Source: Acidimicrobiales bacterium
GTDB lineage: Bacteria > Actinomycetota > Acidimicrobiia > Acidimicrobiales > AC-9
NCBI GenBank assembly: GCA_051984395.1
Contig: JBPYEZ010000124.1
Location: forward strand, 1 to 48,440
Direction of reading: 5' to 3'
DNA length: 48,440 nt
A program made the position numbers and the translations under genes. Positions 44,517 through 48,440 of the stretch are shown in pieces; position 1 is the stretch's first letter, and every line of letters starts with the position of its first letter. A model generated the notes under the pieces. The model was not told the DNA's origin. It did no database searches and saw only the letters and a list, made by a program, of their open reading frames with translations.

Positions 44517-45413
44517 TTACGGCCCTCGGTGGCCGGCTTTGGCGACGCCGGCACCGCTCGCTCCTCCGCTGGCGTTGTTGGTGGTGACAGCTCCATGAGA
44601 AGCGGCATTGCTGGAGCCTGCGCTGCTCGCCCCACCACCGGCGGGATTGGCGCTGCCGGTACCGGGCTTGCCCGCATCTCCGCTGGAGGTGTCCGCCCTG
44701 CCGGTACCGCCATGATCGCTGGAGGCCGAGGACGCTCCGGCATCAGCGCGGGCGTCGGCTCCGTGCTGGCCCGCGTGGCACCGGCCGTCGGACGCCGCCG
44801 TGCAGATGACGGCCCCTCTGTCGACACCGGTGGCCGTGGTGCTCCGGGCCAGGCGCGAGATCGAGGAGCCGTGGATCCTCTGGTCGCGTGCTGCGGGAGC
44901 GTTGACGGCACCCGTACCCGAGCGACCCCCGGTGTTGGAGTGGATGCCGGCGTGGCTGTGACGACCGGGGACGTGGATGCCGAGCCCGGCCATTGCCTTG
45001 GAGGCGACGCTCTGCGCCGCCCCGGGCAACGACCCGGTGGCCGCTGCGGCCACGCCACCGCTGAGCGCCAACCCGGCGGCCGCGGCCGCCACGGCGAGCT
45101 CGGGACGAGCCAGCCTCCGCAACGCTGATCGCCCTCGTGGGCGGGCAGCTGGTTCGAGATGCTGCGCGATCCCGGCAGCAAAGGCCGCGACCACGGTGGG
45201 CTCGCTCGCCAGTTCGTCGTCATGACCCGGAGTCGTCGCGATGGCCAGGGAACGGGCCACATCGGCGTAGGCGGGCGGTACATCGGCGTCGTCGAGCCCA
45301 TCCAGGACCCGGTCGGCCGTGCCGTCGTCGAGTGAGAGTGGATCGAAGCTGCGAAGGTGCCAGAGCTGTCGGGTATCGCGCATCTCGTCGTAAGGATCGT
45401 CACGGGGGTCCAC
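44517..45413 (-). CDS. Putative anti-sigma factor (single TM, Gly/Ser/Ala-rich tail)
   Basis: 4 nt downstream of the ECF gene; TM LAVAAAAAGLALSGGVAAAATGSLP; low-complexity C-terminus. Confidence 0.6.
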   Translation of the reverse strand: MDPRDDPYDEMRDTRQLWHLRSFDPLSLDDGTADRVLDGLDDADVPPAYADVARSLAIATTPGHDDELASEPTVVAAFAAGIAQHLEPAARPRGRSALRRLARPELAVAAAAAGLALSGGVAAAATGSLPGAAQSVASKAMAGLGIHVPGRHSHAGIHSNTGGRSGTGAVNAPAARDQRIHGSSISRLARSTTATGVDRGAVICTAASDGRCHAGQHGADARADAGASSASSDHGGTGRADTSSGDAGKPGTGSANPAGGGASSAGSSNAASHGAVTTNNASGGASGAGVAKAGHRGP

Positions 45414-45417
45414 GCTG

Positions 45418-45981
45418 TTACACCTCGACCGATCCGGGCTTGGCGGCCAGCTCCTCGGCCAGGCGCCGCAGCCCCCGGTGGGCCAGTATGCGCACGGCAC
45501 CTGGCCGGCGGCCGACGACGTCCGCCACCTCGGCCACGCTCAGGCCGGCCACCGCTCGCAGCATCACGACCTCGGCCTGTGCCGGTGGCAGCCGGGCGAT
45601 CGTCCTGAGGACCGTTGCCAGCTCCATCCTCTCCTCTGCCGCCATGACCACTGTGTCGTCGAGGCCGAGCTCGGAGCGATCGCCAGCATCGATGCCCACC
45701 TCGACCGGTCGACGGGAGATCGAACGAAGCCGGTCGAGGTGGCGACGTCGGGCGATGGTGAAGACCCAGGACCGAAATCCGCCCTCGTCCCCCGAGAACC
45801 TGCTGAGACCCTTCACGACATCCAGCCAGGTCTCCGCCGCCACATCCTCGGCCGCGGTCCACGTCATCACCCGGAGATAGCGGATGAGAGCGGGCTGCAG
45901 GTCCCGGAAAAGCACCGCAAATGCCGCCTCGTCGCCCGACCTGGCGCTCGCCAAAGTCGCGTCGAACGCTACGCCGAGCAC
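45418..45981 (-). CDS. ECF sigma factor
   Basis: GDEAAFAVLFR, AEDVAAETW, FRSWVFTIARRR, LPPAQAEVVML..GLSVAEVA..AHRGLRRL; start uncertain (45981 or 46029). Confidence 0.9.
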   Translation of the reverse strand: MLGVAFDATLASARSGDEAAFAVLFRDLQPALIRYLRVMTWTAAEDVAAETWLDVVKGLSRFSGDEGGFRSWVFTIARRRHLDRLRSISRRPVEVGIDAGDRSELGLDDTVVMAAEERMELATVLRTIARLPPAQAEVVMLRAVAGLSVAEVADVVGRRPGAVRILAHRGLRRLAEELAAKPGSVEV

Positions 45982-46193
45982 GGCCGAGCCACGAAAGCGG
46001 GGTGCCGCGAGCCGGACAAATAGGTGCAATTACCGCGGCGCTCGGCTTGTCTGTGCACGCTCGGCCTACTCCCTCGGTTCCTCGTTGGCGACCGGGATGT
46101 ACCCGGCCAAAGCGAGCTAACACGCCAATCTTCCACCCTGCGGCTCCTCGGTCGGCGCGCCGACGAGGCCGTTCCAAGCCAAGCGGAATGAGG

Positions 46194-46250
46194 CCTCGGC
46201 GCCGGGATCGCCTGACACAGTCGGTGCAGTCAGGCGACCCGGCACCGAGG
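46194..46250 (-). terminator. Long GC-rich stem-loop after the chaplin-like gene
   Basis: CCTCGGCGCCGGG(A)TCGCCTGAC ... GTCAGGCGACCCGGCACCGAGG: about 22-bp stem, 12-nt loop, 14 nt past the stop; no U tract. Confidence 0.6.
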
Positions 46251-46264
46251 GGTGCCCGCCACCG

Positions 46265-46555
46265 CTACAAAAGCGCGTTCACCTGCTGGAGGGTTGCCGA
46301 CGAGCACCTGACCGGGCTCGACGACGTGTTCTGTGCCAACACGTTGGCACTCACGCCGCACACCTCGGCGGCGACATTCACCGGAACCTGTACGTTCACC
46401 AGGTTGTGGCTCGCAACATCGGTCACGGTGACGTTGACGAGCCCGCCTGTGACGGCCGGCTGAGCTCCGGCCGGACTTGCTGCGACGCCCACCGTGCCCG
46501 CGGCGAGGATCCCACCCACACCCAGCGTCGCGATGATTCCCCTGTTCCTGCGCAT
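46265..46555 (-). CDS. Small secreted Val/Asn-rich protein, chaplin-like
   Basis: GAAAGGAG RBS; Sec signal ending PAGA; GGLVNVTV..NLVNVQVPVNVAAEVCGVSANVLA..C. Confidence 0.72.
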   Translation of the reverse strand: MRRNRGIIATLGVGGILAAGTVGVAASPAGAQPAVTGGLVNVTVTDVASHNLVNVQVPVNVAAEVCGVSANVLAQNTSSSPVRCSSATLQQVNALL

Positions 46556-46747
46556 GGCTGTGTCTCCTTTCATGAAGGATCGGACCCGACAAGCGCCGTT
46601 CACTCGTTCCGCTGAACGAACGGGCTCGGTGGATTGCGGCGAAGCGCGTCAGACGGGCCCTGCGAAAACGGCCAAGTCACCTCGACCGTGAACTAGTAAT
46701 TTGGACCCGAACACTGAAGCTCGCAAATGCCACCGCTTGTGCGAAAG

Positions 46748-46785
46748 TTGTCACTTCCTGACAAGTTGCACTTGTTTTGATGCAA
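46748..46785. promoter_or_regulatory. Paired inverted repeats upstream of the AbiEi-like gene
   Basis: TTGTCA-N5-TGACAA (46748-46764) and TTGCA-N10-TGCAA (46766-46785) in an AT-rich patch. Confidence 0.45.
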
Positions 46786-46788
46786 GTC

Positions 46789-47919
46789 ATGGCGGTTAGA
46801 GCTTGGTCAGTGGCAAAAGGCGACCGGCATTCACACGGCCACTCGCGTGCCGAGTTGCTCGAAGCGGCGTTCGGGCTTCTTGCCCGCCGACTCCCGCCCG
46901 GGTGGTCAGCCGAGAAGCGCGCGCTCGAGGAGGAACGCGGGGAGCTCGATCTCGTCATCAGTGACGCGACGGGCTCCGAGTGCTTGGTGTTGGTCGAAGC
47001 CAAACTCGATCTCTCGCAGCGTGACGCCAAGGCTTTTACTTCGGGGCTGCCGAGACGACTTCGCAGGGAGACCAAGGCGGCGCTCCTGGTGGTCGCCCCT
47101 CTGATCGGTCCCCGCGCCCGCCAACACCTACAGGCAGAGAGGATCTCCTATATCGATCTGACGGGGAACGTACGGATCCTGCTGGACAATCCGGGTCTTC
47201 TCGTCGAGACCGACGGCCTTCACCAGGACAGCGGTGTGGCCAAGCCCACCACGAGCCTGCGTGGAGACCAAGCTGGCGCAGTGATCCGGTTGCTCGTCGA
47301 TGTCCGGCCGCCGTTCACCGCGGCCGACGTGGCCACAGCGGTCAGCGTCAACGAAGGCTATGTGTCTCGAATCCTCGGGATCCTTCTCGAGGAGGACCTG
47401 ATCGAGCGACCCGGCCGTGGCCCGGTCACTGAAGTTGACTGGCAGGGCGTCATACGCCGGAGGGCCAAGGCAGTCGACCTCCTCAAGCGCTCTGGCACCT
47501 ACCGCTTCGTCGCCTCAGGCGACCCTACCGAGCTGCTGAGGGCAGGAGCGATTGGCGGGTCGGATGCGGTGGTCTCGGGCCCTCTTGCCGCGGCGCGGCT
47601 CGGTGCTGCTGCTCCCGAAGCGCTTCTGACCGCCTACACGAAAGATCCCAATGGCCTCGCCGCGCACCTCGACCTCGTTCCCGCCCGAGGGGACGCCAAT
47701 GTATTGCTCATGCGTCCCGGCAATCCGGTCGTCTTTGATCGAGTCGCGATCGAAGAGAGCGTCCAGTACGCCGCGCCCAGCCAGGTCGCCATCGACTGCC
47801 TGGCTGGCGACCCCATCACGCAGTCGCAAGGGCTCGCCGTGCTCGCGTGGATGCAGGGGAACGAGGACGGTTGGCGATTGCCGTCAATCGAGGATTTCTT
47901 CAACTCAATTCTCCCGTAG
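46789..47919 (+). CDS. AbiEi-like (type IV TA antitoxin) protein: PD-(D/E)XK-like + HTH + AbiEi-like domains
   Basis: LDLVI..VLVEAK, ISYIDLTGN, HTH (AADVATAVSVNEGYVSRIL), ANVLL.RP, AAPSQVAIDCL; start could also be 46777 or 46780. Confidence 0.65.
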   Translation: MAVRAWSVAKGDRHSHGHSRAELLEAAFGLLARRLPPGWSAEKRALEEERGELDLVISDATGSECLVLVEAKLDLSQRDAKAFTSGLPRRLRRETKAALLVVAPLIGPRARQHLQAERISYIDLTGNVRILLDNPGLLVETDGLHQDSGVAKPTTSLRGDQAGAVIRLLVDVRPPFTAADVATAVSVNEGYVSRILGILLEEDLIERPGRGPVTEVDWQGVIRRRAKAVDLLKRSGTYRFVASGDPTELLRAGAIGGSDAVVSGPLAAARLGAAAPEALLTAYTKDPNGLAAHLDLVPARGDANVLLMRPGNPVVFDRVAIEESVQYAAPSQVAIDCLAGDPITQSQGLAVLAWMQGNEDGWRLPSIEDFFNSILP

Positions 47920-47954
47920 CCAGCCCGAATCGATCGGCCAACCACATCCCGGTC

Positions 47955-48440
47955 TCAGATAGCCGAGGGACCCCTCCAGGCGCCCGCGCCGTCGACCCAG
48001 GAGACCTCGGTGGCTCCGTTGGTGTCCACCACGAACACGTCGGTCTGGTTGGGGATTCCGAACTCGTTTGAGGCAGCCAACCCTGCCCCCGCCGGCGCGG
48101 TGTTGGTCGGCGTGATGGCCATGGGTCCGTTCCAGGCGCCGGCGCCGTCCACCCACGAGACCTCGGTGGCTCCGTTGGTGCCCACCATCAACACGTCGGT
48201 CTGGTTGGAGATGCCGAACTGGTTCGAGACAGCCAGATCGGCGCCGGCCGGAGCGGTATTGGGCGGGGTGAGGGCAATGGGTCCGTTCCAGGCGCCCCCG
48301 CCCTCCACCCAGGAGACCTCGGTGGCCTGGTTCGTGCCCACCACGAACACGTCGGTCTGGTTGGGGATGCCGAACTGGTTAGAGACGGCCAGATGGGCAC
48401 CGGCCGGAGCGGTGTTGGGCGGGGTGAGGGCAATGGGTCC
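47955..48440 (-). CDS. 3' end of a repeat protein (lectin/beta-propeller-like), truncated by the window edge
   Basis: Frame open to 48440; repeats QTDVFVVGTN.ATEVSWV.G.GAWNGPI. Confidence 0.75.
   Translation of the reverse strand, partial: GPIALTPPNTAPAGAHLAVSNQFGIPNQTDVFVVGTNQATEVSWVEGGGAWNGPIALTPPNTAPAGADLAVSNQFGISNQTDVLMVGTNGATEVSWVDGAGAWNGPMAITPTNTAPAGAGLAASNEFGIPNQTDVFVVDTNGATEVSWVDGAGAWRGPSAI
47958..48440. repeat. 156-bp (52-aa) coding tandem repeat, at least 3 copies
   Basis: ACACGTCGGTCTGGTTGG recurs at 48035, 48191 and 48347 (period 156). Confidence 0.92.

Noticed and set aside
47958-48440. Regularly spaced repeats as a CRISPR array
   Set aside because: The period of 156 is a multiple of 3, the whole unit is conserved with no unique spacers, the frame is open and no cas genes are present

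Overview
High-GC actinobacterial chromosomal segment; the gene set looks Acidimicrobiia-like (inference). About 44 genuine CDSs sit among many spurious antisense ORFs. Left to right: tRNA-Val(CAC), MscS, universal stress protein, MFS transporter, amidase and VOC protein; a four-gene lipid operon (fatty-acyl reductase-HAD fusion, Zn dehydrogenase, LarA/DUF2088-like protein, acyltransferase) resembling myxobacterial ether-lipid (elb) genes; gltB with a ~125-aa low-complexity insertion and no gltD in the window; a HAD-acyltransferase fusion; and a LysR/GAF-PP2C/anti-sigma kinase/GT2 run. The most unusual locus is a tightly coupled seven-gene minus-strand operon (26952-33283) with its own sigma70-like promoter: Tat-signal protein with a 16-Cys DPBB-like domain, MauE, GNAT, an ACP hidden inside a longer ORF call, a membrane-anchored protein, a P450 and an acyl-adenylate ligase. 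Further right: def, three ECF sigma factors (one with a fused TM tail coupled to a small disulfide-loop peptide), SOS-boxed dinB, a CsoR-permease module with operator, an S9 peptidase, a chaplin-like secreted protein, an orphan AbiEi-like gene and a truncated 52-aa-repeat protein. No CRISPR array, integrase or transposase was seen. All family calls come from motif recognition by eye, not database searches.
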